From Podospora anserina (lineage: Eukaryota): 64,000 bases of DNA. The stretch covers positions 2,976,001 to 3,040,000 of the forward strand of contig CM030334.1 in the NCBI GenBank assembly GCA_017654855.1, in the 5' to 3' direction. Of the stretch, positions 24,012 through 39,809 are shown in pieces. The notes below the pieces were generated by a model. The model saw nothing but the letters and a program-made list of their open reading frames with translations, was not told the DNA's origin and made no database searches. The position numbers and the translations under genes are program-made. Within the stretch, counting starts at the first letter, position 1. Every line of letters starts with the position of its first letter.

Positions 24012-26462
24012 ATGACCTCTTTGGTCTCTGAATTCATCATCACGCCTGTTCTGCGACAAGCCCGCCGCTTCTCTTCGAGTTTCGCCACCGAGGAACGACC
24101 AGCATCGCGACACAACCGACAGAGGTCGGTGGAAGAATCGACCTCTGTTCCAGAGAATGCCATAATGGAGGACGACCAGGACGTGGTGATGGTAGAGAGA
24201 AATGCGGGGGAGACTTCCTCGAGCCCTGTGCCAGCGATAGCGCCGGCACCAGCACCAGCACCGGAGTCGACCCCACCGCCACCTACCTCGCTCCCGACCC
24301 CAACCACCAATGCTGTATCATCGTCACCAAGTCAGGCGGAAGGGATGCTACGGAATACCCCAGAAGTTACCGTCGTTCCAAACACATTATCGGCCCGACA
24401 ACCAAGTTCTCCCGCCCCGTCCGCCCCTCCGAGGACGGCCTCTGACGCAGCAGATGGACCACGCCAGGCAAACATAATGCGAAGAAACCCTTTGCCTGAA
24501 GACGACGGCATGGGGAAACTACGGAAAAAGATTCGGAGCATACAGGAGATGGATATTGCCCAAAACCTCAAAGCGCAACTGGTCCACCAATTGTTGACGG
24601 AGAAGTACACACTGGCTCAACAAAAGAACGGATTACTGAAATCAACAATTCGACCCGAATCCCTAATGGGTCGGGCAATAGTACCGGACCAAAACGCATC
24701 ACCAGAGTCTTTCGGGGCGTTGCAGGCATTGAAAGCTTGGAACCCACTCAGCACCGAATCTGCGCCACTGGAGTTGCCCCTGACTGCGGAGGACCTGAAG
24801 CCGACGTATGCCCCTGCAGTTATGATGGATCAGGATGGCGAGGTCGAGAGTCCGGCATCCGATGGTCCGCAAGAAAAGCGACACCTGGGCTGCGATCACT
24901 ATCGGAGGAACGTCAAGCTACAATGCGCCACCTGCGAGCGCTGGTACACATGCCGAATGTGTCACGATGCCGTCGAGGACCATGTCTTGCCCCGCCAGCA
25001 AACCAAACACATGCTGTGTATGCTTTGTGGCTGCGCCCAAAAGGCTTCGGATACGTGCGCAAGGTGTGGGGAGTCTGCGGCCAACTATTACTGTGGCATC
25101 TGTAAGCTTTGGAATGACGACCCTAACAAGCCCATCTACCATTGTTCAGACTGCGGGCTCTGCAGAGTCGGGCAAGGGTTGGGGAAGGACTTTTTCCACT
25201 GCAAGGTGAGCATCTCGATGACATGCACCATTATTCTCTAGTACCTCGGTACGCTGACATTCCCGTAGAAATGTATGGCTTGCATCTCCATGACTGGCGA
25301 ACACAAGTGCATCGAGCGGTCCATAGACTGCGACTGCCCCATTTGCGGAGATTACCTCTTCAACTCGATGAAGACTGTCGTATTCATGCAGTGCGGTCAC
25401 AGTATCCACAAACGCTGCTTCGAGATGCACATGGAGACCTCTTATCGATGCCCCATCTGCAGTAAGAGCTGCGTCAACATGGAGACTCAGTTCCGGAACT
25501 TTGACGTTGCCATTCTCGCGCAGCCCATGCCGCCAGAATATATCGACGCCCGTGCCATCATCTCTTGCAACGACTGTAGCGCCAAAAGCCAGACTACTTA
25601 CCACTGGCTCGGGCTGAAGTGCTCTCTTTGCAACTCTTACAACACTATTCAAAGGCAACTCCTCAACATGCCTAATGGTACCAACCAAGAGCTGCCGACG
25701 CAGCAAATGGAGCGACGACTAGAACAACTCCAAGAGGAGGCATCGCAGCGTCAGGAGCAGCGGCAGCTCACAGAACCGGCCACACTCAATCCTGGACATG
25801 AGCGCGAAGCTGTTACTTTTACCGCCCTGCCCGCGAGCAACGCTGGACCCCTGGCGGCAGGCTCCCAGCCGCCAGGGCAAGAAGAACCCCCTATTTTTAG
25901 TCTCAGCTTGCCAAGCAGATCCTCCACCCCTCTCCCTGCGTACGAGGTTATCGAGCGAGCACGTCGGGAACAAGAGGCGAGAGCTCAGAGGTTGGGAGGG
26001 CTGCCGGATAGCCTGGGAAATGGTATTGACGTCTCCCCTCCCGCCGCCACCATTGCCGCATCTAATAATACGCCCCTGACTGAACATGACCTTGTTGTTG
26101 CTGGCTTGCTACCCGCCCCTTCAGTCCAGCCCCAACAACCACAGCACCAGCATCAGCACCACCGCCAACTAACGCCAGAGGAACTCATTGATTTTGTGCA
26201 GGTCCGAGACGGTGAAGCGGACGACGACGATGATGACGAGGACGAGGATACGTTTCTGGATTTGTTTTGGGGACGGGATAGGGAGTTGGATAGGATACCT
26301 AATGCGGGGACGGCGTTCACTTCGCTTGGAAGCCCGGGGGGTGCTGCTGTTAACGAAGAGGAGGAGGATAGCTCGTCGTGTGATGATTTGAGCTCTGAGG
26401 AAGAGGAGGAAGAAGAAGACGACGATGACGAGAATGAGATTGTGCTGCTTGGGCACCGGTGA
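24012..26462 (+). CDS. CHY zinc finger / RING E3 ubiquitin ligase, Pirh2/RCHY1-like (~795 aa)
   Basis: Exons 24012-25205 and 25269-26462. CHY (GCDHYRRNVKLQC), CTCHY, RING (CPICGDYLF..CGHSIH..CPIC), zinc ribbon (CNDC..CSLC) and an acidic tail. Confidence 0.93.
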
Positions 26463-26688
26463 GGTTGTGGTTACTATACTACAAGGGTTGGAAATGCATG
26501 GGAGGTTCGGTTCACCTGCTAGGTGTGAGAGGGCTTTGCATCTGTGGTAGGGTGATAGGTAGCATAACAGGACAACGCATACAGAGAACGGCTTTGATTA
26601 CATGGGATGGAGTTGGTAAGGGGGTTTTTCTCAAGGGATGGATTTTTTGGGGGAGGGGGAGTTTTGCATGTTTGTTTGAATGTTATTC

Positions 26689-26694
<6 letters not shown>

Positions 26695-26725
<31 letters not shown>
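26695..26725. repeat. (CT)n microsatellite
   Basis: About 15 CT units downstream of the CHY-RING gene. Confidence 0.9.
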
Positions 26726-26731
<6 letters not shown>

Positions 26732-27773
26732 GTCTCTCTTCTCTGTTGGTATTGACCTGTGGTTTTGAGGAGGTTATAACTTTTTCTCAATTCTGATTTT
26801 TGTGTGTGTGTGTGTCTGGTTATGTCGGACTACCTATGATATATAACTCGTCTTGTTTACTGTTCCCATTTCATCATGACAGCAATTTTTCAGGAAATAT
26901 TTTGCCGAGTGATGTTAACTAGGACACAAGTTCTTGGAATGTCTCCTCTTCTTCCTAACCTGCGGTCCGTCATGTTAATCTATAACTCTTTGCGTTGGAC
27001 ATCAAAGAGTGATACCGAGATTCTGTGTATGAATAATGAACACGTGAAGGCTTGACTGGAACTCATTTCCGGCTTGTAGTGCAGATACTCTAGCAGGTCG
27101 TGGATACAATAACATACAATAATTGATACTACAAGTCAGTAATAGGTATAATAACATCAACTTATACCCTTTAAATAGGAAGCAGGCCTTTGACTATCTC
27201 CCAAGGCCTATTAATTATCCTTCGAGCCACGGTTCAGCCCTTTGGCAGTGCCAGTTATTTTGTCAACAGCGTGCTTAGGTAGCTACAAGAGTTCACCCAT
27301 AACAGCACGAGGCAGATGACAGTTGGAAAGACTATGGCTCGTCATTCGAAAAGCTCAGCGGCGTGGCGCAAGCAAGGCTCAAAGTCACAACGGAAGGGAC
27401 CAGCAGGCATTCTCAACAAGCTCGATTCATCGTCCAAGGTAAGCGTGCCCATTTCATGTCCAGGACCTTCAAGTCACTGACGGACCACGCAACCTTCCCG
27501 CGGGCATTTCCCCCCTCTATCGGACCCAGCCCGTGGTTCTACCTCTCCGGGCCCCGGTCATCATTCATTTGCGTACCGGTTGTGGATATCATGCATCTTT
27601 TGGACCAAGGGATTTAAACGCGACGCGACAAAGAACGCCCGGAACACACGTGTGGTTCGTTCATGCCGTCAAATTCTCAGCTGAAGAGCCATCAGATTTT
27701 TATTCCGTAAATGCTGAATACAGCCCCAAAAACCCGTTCGCCCCGCCCAGCCGATTCAGGAAAAAAAGACGAT

Positions 27774-28481
27774 TTAGAACTCTGTTGGTGGTTGGTTAGT
27801 CAAGACTGTTGCTCCCAAAGCCCAAGGAGACCGAGGAAAACATACTGAGAGGAGTGAAGAACCATCTGTTCTTGCCGCTGGTGTAGCGCTCCTCAAGGAC
27901 CTTCTTGACGTTCTTCTTGGCGTCCTCACGCTGGGAGACCTCCTTGAAGGTATCGGCGGAGATGGCGTTCTTGAGACCCTCGAGCTCGAGAGTGTAGCGG
28001 GTGGGCATCAAGTGGTTGTAGTTGATGACCTTGATGAAGGGCTTGACCTTCGACCGCTTCTCCTGTCTGGTCTTGGACATGCGGCGGGTGATCTTGCTGG
28101 GGTAACGCTCGATACCGGCAACGATGGCGTGGCCGTAGGGGTGGTTCTTGGAGCCGGTGTCAACGGGCTGGATGATGACAACCTGCAGAAATCGCCCAGT
28201 CAGTACTCTTGTTGTCCTTGCGCAATCTGTTTCCTTTCTGTAGTTCTCCCTCTCCCCACGGTCGCCGTCCTCGCAAATGTCCGCTCCGATTCCCGATTCA
28301 CTCCTCTCAGTCATCCAACCATTGAATTCCCATTTCCCATTCGATGTTTTGCTACTCGGACACTCGATGACTGGCGATTGGGGGGTGAGGAAGATGGGTT
28401 CGGTGAAAATCGTCGTACCTTCTTGCCGGCATAGCGGCCCCTGGTGACAAGGCACACTCTCGAGGTCTTCAAGAACTTCAT
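27774..28481 (-). CDS. RPL27: 60S ribosomal protein eL27 (135 aa)
   Basis: Exons 28481-28419, 28182-27846, 27781-27774. Reads MKFLKTSRVCLVTRGRYAGKK|VVIIQ..NYNHLMPTRY..GKNRWFFTPLKF. Confidence 0.97.
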
Positions 28482-28911
28482 TTTGTCGGTTCTGTTGTCG
28501 AAGAAGTAGGTTAGTTACTGGGGAAGGGAAAAAGTCGTGGAGACAATTTTTTCGAAATGGCAGCAAAAGAGGGGGGGCGTGACATACCTGTTGTTGCCTT
28601 TCCCTGGAGGTCGACTGCGGGCACGGAGAGTGAGAGACAGAACCGTTCTTGAGAAAGCACCCGAAATAATTTCAGTTTGTGGGCTGCCAAAATTCGAGCG
28701 GGCAAGGCGGATTGGCCCGTTAAAAAAATTGATGACTAAGGAATGGCCAGTGCGCCAGGTTCCTTGCTTCACTCTTGGCTCGGCGTGCCAAGCCCCCAGC
28801 TGCAAAAGGTGGGGCAGCTCGAGAGCGCAAACAAGACAACTGCGACTTTGAAGTTCAATCTTGCAAAGTTCAACCCCTCCAAGATATTGTCCAGCAAGAA
28901 TAACCACAACC

Positions 28912-29142
28912 ATGTCTCCCCCAAGATACATCATCTCCCGCGTCGCGGACCCCATTTTCGCCGTATTCATTGGTCTCTCTGCAGCTGCCACGAGGATCAA
29001 CCGTGAGGAGAAGGAGAAGGGGAGGTCTACACAGCAGACTCTGGAGACACTCCGCAGGTGAGGCTATTCACATGTGTCTGGGCGCAACATTTGTATTTAC
29101 ATGTCATTGTTCAGGCGCCTTGGCTTCCCAAAGAACTCGTAA
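28912..29142 (+). CDS. NCE101: Non-classical export protein Nce101-like microprotein (57 aa)
   Basis: Exons 28912-29057 and 29115-29142 give MSPPRYIISRVADPIFAVFIGLSAAATRINREEKEKGRSTQQTLETLRRRLGFPKNS. The Y-x-ISR-x-x-DP motif precedes a hydrophobic helix. Confidence 0.85.
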
Positions 29143-29310
29143 AAATGTATCGCCTATCTACATACCATATATAGCTAGCTACCTTAGCTAACCTTCGCCC
29201 AACGAATGAACCACCAACGCCAGTTACCCTATGCAGACCGATAGAAAGACATTCGGATATCAGCGCTTGACATCATCAATGATACTTCCAACTCCCGTTT
29301 CATGTCCGAA

Positions 29311-30114
29311 CTATGGAGCAATGCCCGGCCCATACTCCTTCTTCATAGCTTCGCGAACCATCTGCCCGCATAGCTTAGCTGTTGGATTTGTGCTCACAGC
29401 CAACCCCTTGGCGATCTCGTTGCCGTACCTCCCGCCCAGGGCAAAGTCTGCAGAGGCGTGCTCTTCAAACTCGATCTTTGTCCACTTCGCCTCCGGCCGC
29501 TCCTCGTCAACAAGCACAGATTTTGTCAACATCAGCTTGGAAGTCATGAGATATATGGCGGCCCTTTGCGTGTGAGCATTGGATAAGGTCTTGGCCACCT
29601 GGGGAGAGAGTCGGGAGTATCGTGTGGTTGGCGTAAGAAGCGAGATGGCTCGGTCGAGATCTCCTAGAAGAATCTTCCCTACTCTGACGCGCTCGGCATC
29701 ACCGACATTCTGTCGCAATGCTTGTGGTAGCCTGGGGGCGTCGGAAACCAGAATCGCATCGCCATAAAGCCGCCTAAGCGCTTGCGCCCTGTTGTTGTGC
29801 GCGCTCGCATACTGAGGGTATTCCTCGATGAGCTGGTCAAAAGATGCAACTGCTTTGCGATATCCTTCCAAGACCTCCTCGCTAGGGCCTGTTCTTGCTG
29901 GGTTGGCTTTGAGGTTTTGGACCTCTACGTTCTGAATGGAAAGGATGATATCACGCTCCCTTTGCGCGATGGATTGATACAGAGCCGGGTCGGAAATGTG
30001 CGGGTCTTTTGGGAGAGTCGAGTCGACCTGAATCGCCAGAGCCGGATCATATTCGGGGTCCTTAATTTTTTCGAGCACGTTGATATCGCGCTGGGTCAGG
30101 TCAAGATAGGCCAT
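29311..30114 (-). CDS. TPR protein TTC36-like, probable HmgX (HppD accessory factor)
   Basis: 267-aa ORF with YASAHNNRAQALR, DLDRAISL, AHTQRA and C-terminal DFALGGRYGNEIAKGLAVSTNPTAKLCGQMV, resembling TTC36. Divergent from hppD. Confidence 0.85.
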   Translation of the reverse strand: MAYLDLTQRDINVLEKIKDPEYDPALAIQVDSTLPKDPHISDPALYQSIAQRERDIILSIQNVEVQNLKANPARTGPSEEVLEGYRKAVASFDQLIEEYPQYASAHNNRAQALRRLYGDAILVSDAPRLPQALRQNVGDAERVRVGKILLGDLDRAISLLTPTTRYSRLSPQVAKTLSNAHTQRAAIYLMTSKLMLTKSVLVDEERPEAKWTKIEFEEHASADFALGGRYGNEIAKGLAVSTNPTAKLCGQMVREAMKKEYGPGIAP

Positions 30115-31057
30115 GGCGACAGGGGAACTTTGGCAAAGATTAATCGGCGGGAACCTTGTGACTGCTTTCAGCTGGCGGCTTCTGTATCAATTGACAACAC
30201 TGGCCACAACTTGGAGCAGCACTACCAGTGACAAACAATGGGTGGTGTTGTGTATGTTTCGATTGGAATGTTGGTTGGATATAGGAGACGTGGGGGAACA
30301 GCAAGCCGGGACACGGCGGCCTTGGACTGATCAATTCAAACCGCTTGGTTTTCTACTTACTAACCACAGCAGCCAAGCAGGAAAATGACCGGTCTCGTGC
30401 CTCAAATCATTACGGAAAGAAGCTCATGGATTTTGAGTGTCGCAGGCCGGTGCTGACCGTTGCCCCTCCGTCAGAGACCGAGCTCGCCGGAGCTGGGTGC
30501 GGCACTCGGCCAAACGCGGCTTTGTGCGGCTTTCCCAGGGGCGATCACTGCTTCGGTGCCATTCCGCTGGGGTTCCACCACCCGAGCATGCAAACAACAA
30601 TCCTCGATTCGGCTTTATCGTCATTGTACGTATGGTACCCAGGAATTAGGTTCGTCTGAACCGGAAGGAGGAGGAGGATGATACGCGCTCACCCGCTGTT
30701 ATTCAGCGCTATTCAGTCAGAAAAGCTATGGGAAACGAAGGCCACGGGGGGACGGTTGATGTCTGTGTTTAACGTGGTGGAAACCAATCAAAGGATCACG
30801 GAAGATTGCAGATACTGGAGCAACCAGTTGTGGGTGTTCCTGGTGCTCCTTTGATACCATGCGGTGTTCGATCGGGAGAGGCTCCAGCCATGCCTCGTGC
30901 ACTGGCAAAACGATAAGCTCTACCCCAGGTTTCGCGGGGGGGTGACGTGCGCGGATGTCCTGGACTTATTCCCCGTTTCCCACGAACGGAACTTGGGAGA
31001 AGACAAGGGGCTTGTTAAGCCGACCTCAGACTGACTTGGTTGGATGGTTCTGACTTT

Positions 31058-32474
<1,417 letters not shown>

Positions 32475-33452
32475 ATATAGCTAGGGGTTAACATGCATTT
32501 GGGGCGTTATAATTTGGGATGGGATTCATGATGGCATGATGGGAGGTAAAATTGATATTTGGGATTTTGTCAACAATGATCAAGAGTTGCTTGATCATCT
32601 GTCTATGGCTCGGAGTGACATGAGAAAAGTGGTTGGCTATGGATGTTCAACATATGCGGACGACTTCGAATATACAATGATCTTTTCAAATAGGACATGA
32701 TTTCCGCTGAAGGACAGAGACATCCTGAGCGTGAAAAATACACACATAAAAGCTGTATTGAACTAAATGGTTGTTTGTTTCGTCTGATGAAGCCATCAAA
32801 TCTCACATTCGCCATATACACCGAGAATTCAGCAATCCTCTCAGAGAAACTCCCATTCTCCTATGTAGTACTAAAACAGATCGCTACCCCAAGCCCCTTA
32901 TCCCTCTCCATATGTGCCCCGCTTCCTATCATCATGCATGTCCCATCCATGTCTTTGTTACATGTTGTTCATGACGCCCCTTTTGTAGACCTTTATTTCC
33001 CCACACGCAAAACTCAAAAAGAAATCAAAATCTCTCCCCCTCTCATCTTTCGCTGATCTATGTATGATAATGGTGTGTGAAGAAGGTAAAATAAAAAACA
33101 ACAGATCCGCCATTCCTGAATACTCCTGCCTTTCCACTAGAGCGAGCCAAGGAAAAGGAGCTCAAAAGAAGTTGGCGAACAAATGAAGGTAGTAAAATAT
33201 GTGCTGGAAAGAAGTGGCGCAGCGCTCGCCAAAGTTCGTGGTCATCAGTAGAAGGTAGTCTTGGTCATTTGTGGTGAGAACAAAAGCCGTCAGTGTCCCA
33301 TCAAGTTGTGGTGTGTGTGTCAGTTGTTCTCGAACGAGTGTGGAGCTGGACGAAGGCTCGATTAAACTCCGTATAGGGTTAACACTAAATGGGAGAATTA
33401 AAAATGTATAGGATGCCATTAATTCCCCGTCCGGTGGGCGTCGTCGTGTCGT

Positions 33453-34894
33453 CTATAGTCTGGCGATGCCGATCTTGTTCTTGGCCTCGTTCAGGTATTC
33501 GGTGGGGTCCATGCCCGGCGCATAGGTAGGGGCAAGACCGCCGAGGAGGACAAAGACGGTCATGACAGTGAAGAGCATGATCGAAATGCGGCGGAGGATG
33601 GGGCGGCGGTTGCCAAAGTCAGCCCATTGGCGACCAGCCTCGCCAGCATAGCCCTTGATGGCCTCGTAGCCGAGCTTGTAGTAGACCATGCCACCAAGGG
33701 CGATGCTGTAACCAAAGAACTGGAGGCCAGTAACCTGGGTGCCCCAGATGATCATGGAGGCAACAACAAGGAGCACATCTTTGAGCACACCGCAGAGGGT
33801 AAGGACGAGCGAAGAAGTCTTGCCAATCTGTGGAGAAGGGGTTAGCAGCGTACGTGGCGTTGCGTCTGAGGGGCCAAGACTTACCAAGAAGACAACCGAG
33901 ACATTGAGGGCGAAAGCGCACAAGCCGTTGAGGAAGAAGGTCATGAAACCAACGTCATACACCTCCTGCATGCTAAGCTTGGGGAACTCCCAGAAGAGAG
34001 CAACGACAAAGTTCATGGCAGCGCAAACTGGGGCGAAGTAGTAGAGCGACACCAAGGGGTCCATCTTGAACTCAGCCGAGCTCAGAAGGCGCTGAACCAT
34101 GGTCAAGCGGAGGGCCTCGAAGGCAATGCCGAAGATCTGGTAGATGAAGCCGATCCAAACAAACTTGATCTCGCCAATCGACGCGATGACCACACCGACG
34201 ACAATGACTGAGACGTTGAGGAAGACCTTCAGGTTAGGCTGAGAGACGCCGAGCGCCCAGCTGGAAAAGAGGACGAAGACAGGGGTGGTAGCCTGGGTAG
34301 CACGGTTAGCCCAACAATGTGCACGTCTGTAGATTCCAATCACTGCAACTCACCTTGAGCATCTGGATGAAGGCAACGCTAAGGTAGAGATAGGTCAAGT
34401 TGCCGCAAATCAAGCTCAAGCTGAAGAAGAAACCAATCGGAACAATGGCGCGAAGGTAGACCCGGCCAGTCATCTTGACCGTCTTGCGGCCATCGAGGAG
34501 AGTGGTGTAGCGAGCAAGGAGCTGGGTCATGACGGTAGCGAACACCAAATGGAAGGTCGTGAGGATGACCGGGTATTCTGGCAAGTCTTAGCATGTGTTC
34601 TGCTTCCTGGTGCATTCCTGGTTGTAGGCGGCCTTACCGAACCCGAGCGTGGAGAGAATCCATTTGTTGAAGAGGATGACGGAGGAACTAAGGGAAATCC
34701 AGATGCTACAAGACAAGACCAATTAGTTATCTGAGCATTCGCGTGATTTTAGGAGTGTCGGCTGCTCACGTCACGTAGAAAGCCGGATGGAGTGATGGCT
34801 TGGGTGGTTGCGACTTCTCGACGTCTGGGTTGACTGTCGGGAGGGTATCTCGGACCTGCTCGCCAGAGGCGCGAACCTTCTCGTCGACGCCCAT
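33453..34894 (-). CDS. glfB: Nucleotide-sugar transporter (TPT/SLC35 family), probable UDP-galactofuranose transporter (~399 aa)
   Basis: Exons 34894-34770, 34705-34638, 34577-34354, 34292-33885, 33827-33453. Motifs LFNKWIL, YLSVAFIQMLKA and GKTSSLVLTLCGVLKD. Divergent from glfA, an adjacency known in Aspergillus. Confidence 0.88.
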
Positions 34895-37354
34895 CTTTGC
34901 AGTCGTTGTGTTGTTAGATCTGAAGGCTCCTCGAGGGCTCGCGGATGGATATCACGTCGATGTCGAGAGAAGGGTAAAAAGCCAACGTCGAGAAATTTGA
35001 GACGAGTGTTGGCTGCGGCGCGGCAGGACGTTGTAGGTCGTGCTGCGGTGTGAACAAAACGAGTGGATGGCCAAGCCAGCTGCGACCGTATGGGAAGAAG
35101 AACTGCGACAGTGAGCTGAGGAAGGAGGAGAAGTGCGGTGCTAGGGGTGCTAGGAGGCTTTGTTTGTCGGTACTTCTGCTTGGAGTGTGCCTCGTGATGT
35201 GTAGGGCTGGGCGAGGTTGTTGCTTGGATGCTCCTCGACTTGGACTTTTTTTTTTAGGGGGGGACGCCTGTGACGGGGATGGGGGCAAAGGGAGCGTCAG
35301 GTTCTCGAAAGGGGAACGCGGGTCGTGGGTAAAAAGCGACAGGGGAACCGGTGGTGGTGGTGGGCACTCGGCGGTGCTGGGATGGGTTGCGTTCTGTCAA
35401 GGGTGGCCAATCACAGCTTTATCTGGGAAATTGGCCCTGGCTGCGAACAGATTACGGATTACGCTCCCATACGTAACCAACTGCAACCGTCAAAAAGACT
35501 GGACTCGACCCTCGAGCCTCGACCATCGTGACAGCGCAAGGGCAGCCAATTCACACAGTCACTTGTCTCTATTACTTCGTGTCTTCTTCTGCCACGGGCA
35601 GAGAGCCAGAGACACACAAAGATGGCACCGTGGGCGGTCAAGTCCAGGGCTTACTCCTCGTCACAGTCGTGCATTGATACGGCCCGCTTCGGCCACAGTA
35701 CCTACCACGGTCTTCAAGCTAGCCAACGGGTAGACAAACGCTTAAACACAGCGGGAACTAAGCCAAATCAGGCAATGTGCCTTGTTCAAGACCTGCCATC
35801 ATAGCATGGGCATGAATCCTACCAGGGGACAGGAAATGAAGTTGACGACATCACGGTCATGGATAGATCTACGCGAGAGATATAACTAAAAAGCAGATTA
35901 AAGATCCGATACAAGTGGGTGGCCGATCACGTCAACTTCAACATCTACCAAACCTCACAAACCTGGTCAGGGGCGATAGAAACAGGATGTGTCAAATCAG
36001 CAGCCATCCGAGGGCCACATGTTGCTCTGTACCATATCTCAAAAGCCAATGGCTGTTGAGTCTTCAATGTTTCCTATCTTTGGAGCCCGAAAATCTCTAT
36101 CGATACTCCAGTTCAGCCAGCAGCCTGAGACGTGATCATTAAAAGTCGCGGAGTAGTCCTTACGAATCTGCAGCATTATTATTAGTGTAGCGATATGTAG
36201 ATCGAGCAAAGTTCAGTCCAGTCTGCCCCATCGCACTGGTTCATGTTTCCCTGACTTTTTTTCTGTTTGACGTCCGTGTCCAACAATAAAAGAGCGGCAT
36301 TCTCCGGCGGGGTCCAAAGGCATGGCATGGCATCAATCGTCAAGACGGCCGCCGCAGTCTCGAGTTTTAAGTTTCTAGCCATTGACGAAATGTTTGTTGT
36401 TCCGGGAGAATCTTCTACATCTGAATACATGGTCGTTTGCTTCAGCTCGCTGTACGAAACAGTCGATGAACTGCAGCTCGCCGGGGCCGTCACGAAACAG
36501 CACCGGAGGAAAGCCGTCGGACCTGTGGCTCGTCGGATGTCTGAATCGTACGGCCATACTAACATGGATTTTTCTGCGAGGTTGTCTTTATAGGCTGTTG
36601 AGGCAAGCTGTCTTGAAACAAGTTCGATGGGTACAAGAGCTGGGATCCCTTTGCGGAAAGCTCTTGAAGAAGCTTATTGTCCTCCCTCTTCTTGCTGCTG
36701 CAACCCGTAACTTGGTGAGGCCGTGTTACTCGGTCTGTAACAATAGCCAGGACAAGGTTGCTCGATGTTGTTGTTTGTTTCTTGTTGAGGCCCGTTTGAA
36801 GCCGTTGAGCTAGGGATTAACATGCGGCCACGCAGCCCATTGCTGATCATAGTCGACCGCCCCATGGAGTTGAAACGTTGAAACAGGCGCAGCTTTGGAG
36901 CTCATGTGCCGGTCCCAGCCCAGTCCGACGCAGCAGAAGAGGAGGTCATACAGGACCAGTTGGAGATGCACATGCAGCACAAGCTCTTTTGCCTCTCGGG
37001 ATCTCGCATGCATGTATGCATCTGTGACCTCTGTGCCCCTCATCATGACACTGACACTGAGGATTTTTGGAGGCGTGCTGAAGGCTGGAGTGTCTCCGTA
37101 AAGCTTGTCAACTCGAAACTGGGCGTTCCCTGCTTGCTGCGGGCTGTTTGCTGTGAGAGGCTTCCCCACCATGTCGTCTGGAATCGCATCTCCTCATTTT
37201 AATGTCCTGGGGTGGTGCAGAGTGGGCATTGCGGTTGGTGGTTCGGATGGGAGTCTGCGATAACCGCCTGTCCATCTGTGTTGCAGTCATTTTACTTTCT
37301 CATAATAACCAGCGTCGAAAAACAAAAATAAATAAGCGGAAAAGTACCGACAGG

Positions 37355-37382
<28 letters not shown>
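37355..37382. repeat. (CA)14 microsatellite
   Basis: Perfect CA run in the glfB-glfA intergenic region. Confidence 0.9.
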
Positions 37383-37385
<3 letters not shown>

Positions 37386-37941
37386 GCACACAGGCACACA
37401 CAGGTACTTGTACAGAACTAAGGTACTCCGTACTGTACTCTGTAGATGGGGTGTGATGTGAGCTCGATGCGATGCGGGATGTCACGGCAGGGGTTCTTGG
37501 ATATTTTATTTCTTGGGGCTAGCTGCTCATTGGCGGATTGAATAATTTTAGCCCCTCCATCAGGACCCCCTTTTTTCTGGAACTGGAAGTCGCGGTCCGG
37601 CCTAGCAACCAGTCCAAAGCGTCCAAGCAGCACCTTGGATCAGCACCACGACACACGTGCGGTCACCGCCTTCCTTCCAGGGCCCTGGTTCATCTCCCAG
37701 AAGAGGGGGGGTAATCTGTGTTGCTGCCCTGTTCCTGCTCTGTCCGCTCTGTCTGCCCATAACCCCCCCCCACTAAGAACCTTCCCAATTTCCTGACCTG
37801 ATCGCATTGTCTTCGTCTGGATCGTTGCTTCGAACAAGATAATAAACAGCCCGCCGCTCGCTCGTTGTTTCACCAGCAGTTCCTCCTTCTGCTTCTGCTT
37901 TGCCCAAGCTTCTTCCTACCTTCCAGTTGACTTTCTCCACA

Positions 37942-39809
<1,868 letters not shown>

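Noticed and set aside
28183-28418. Long RPL27 intron as a snoRNA host, and the 256-aa ORF reading through it
   Set aside because: No clear C/D or H/ACA box arrangement. Long introns are common in RP genes, and the spliced 135-aa product is canonical.
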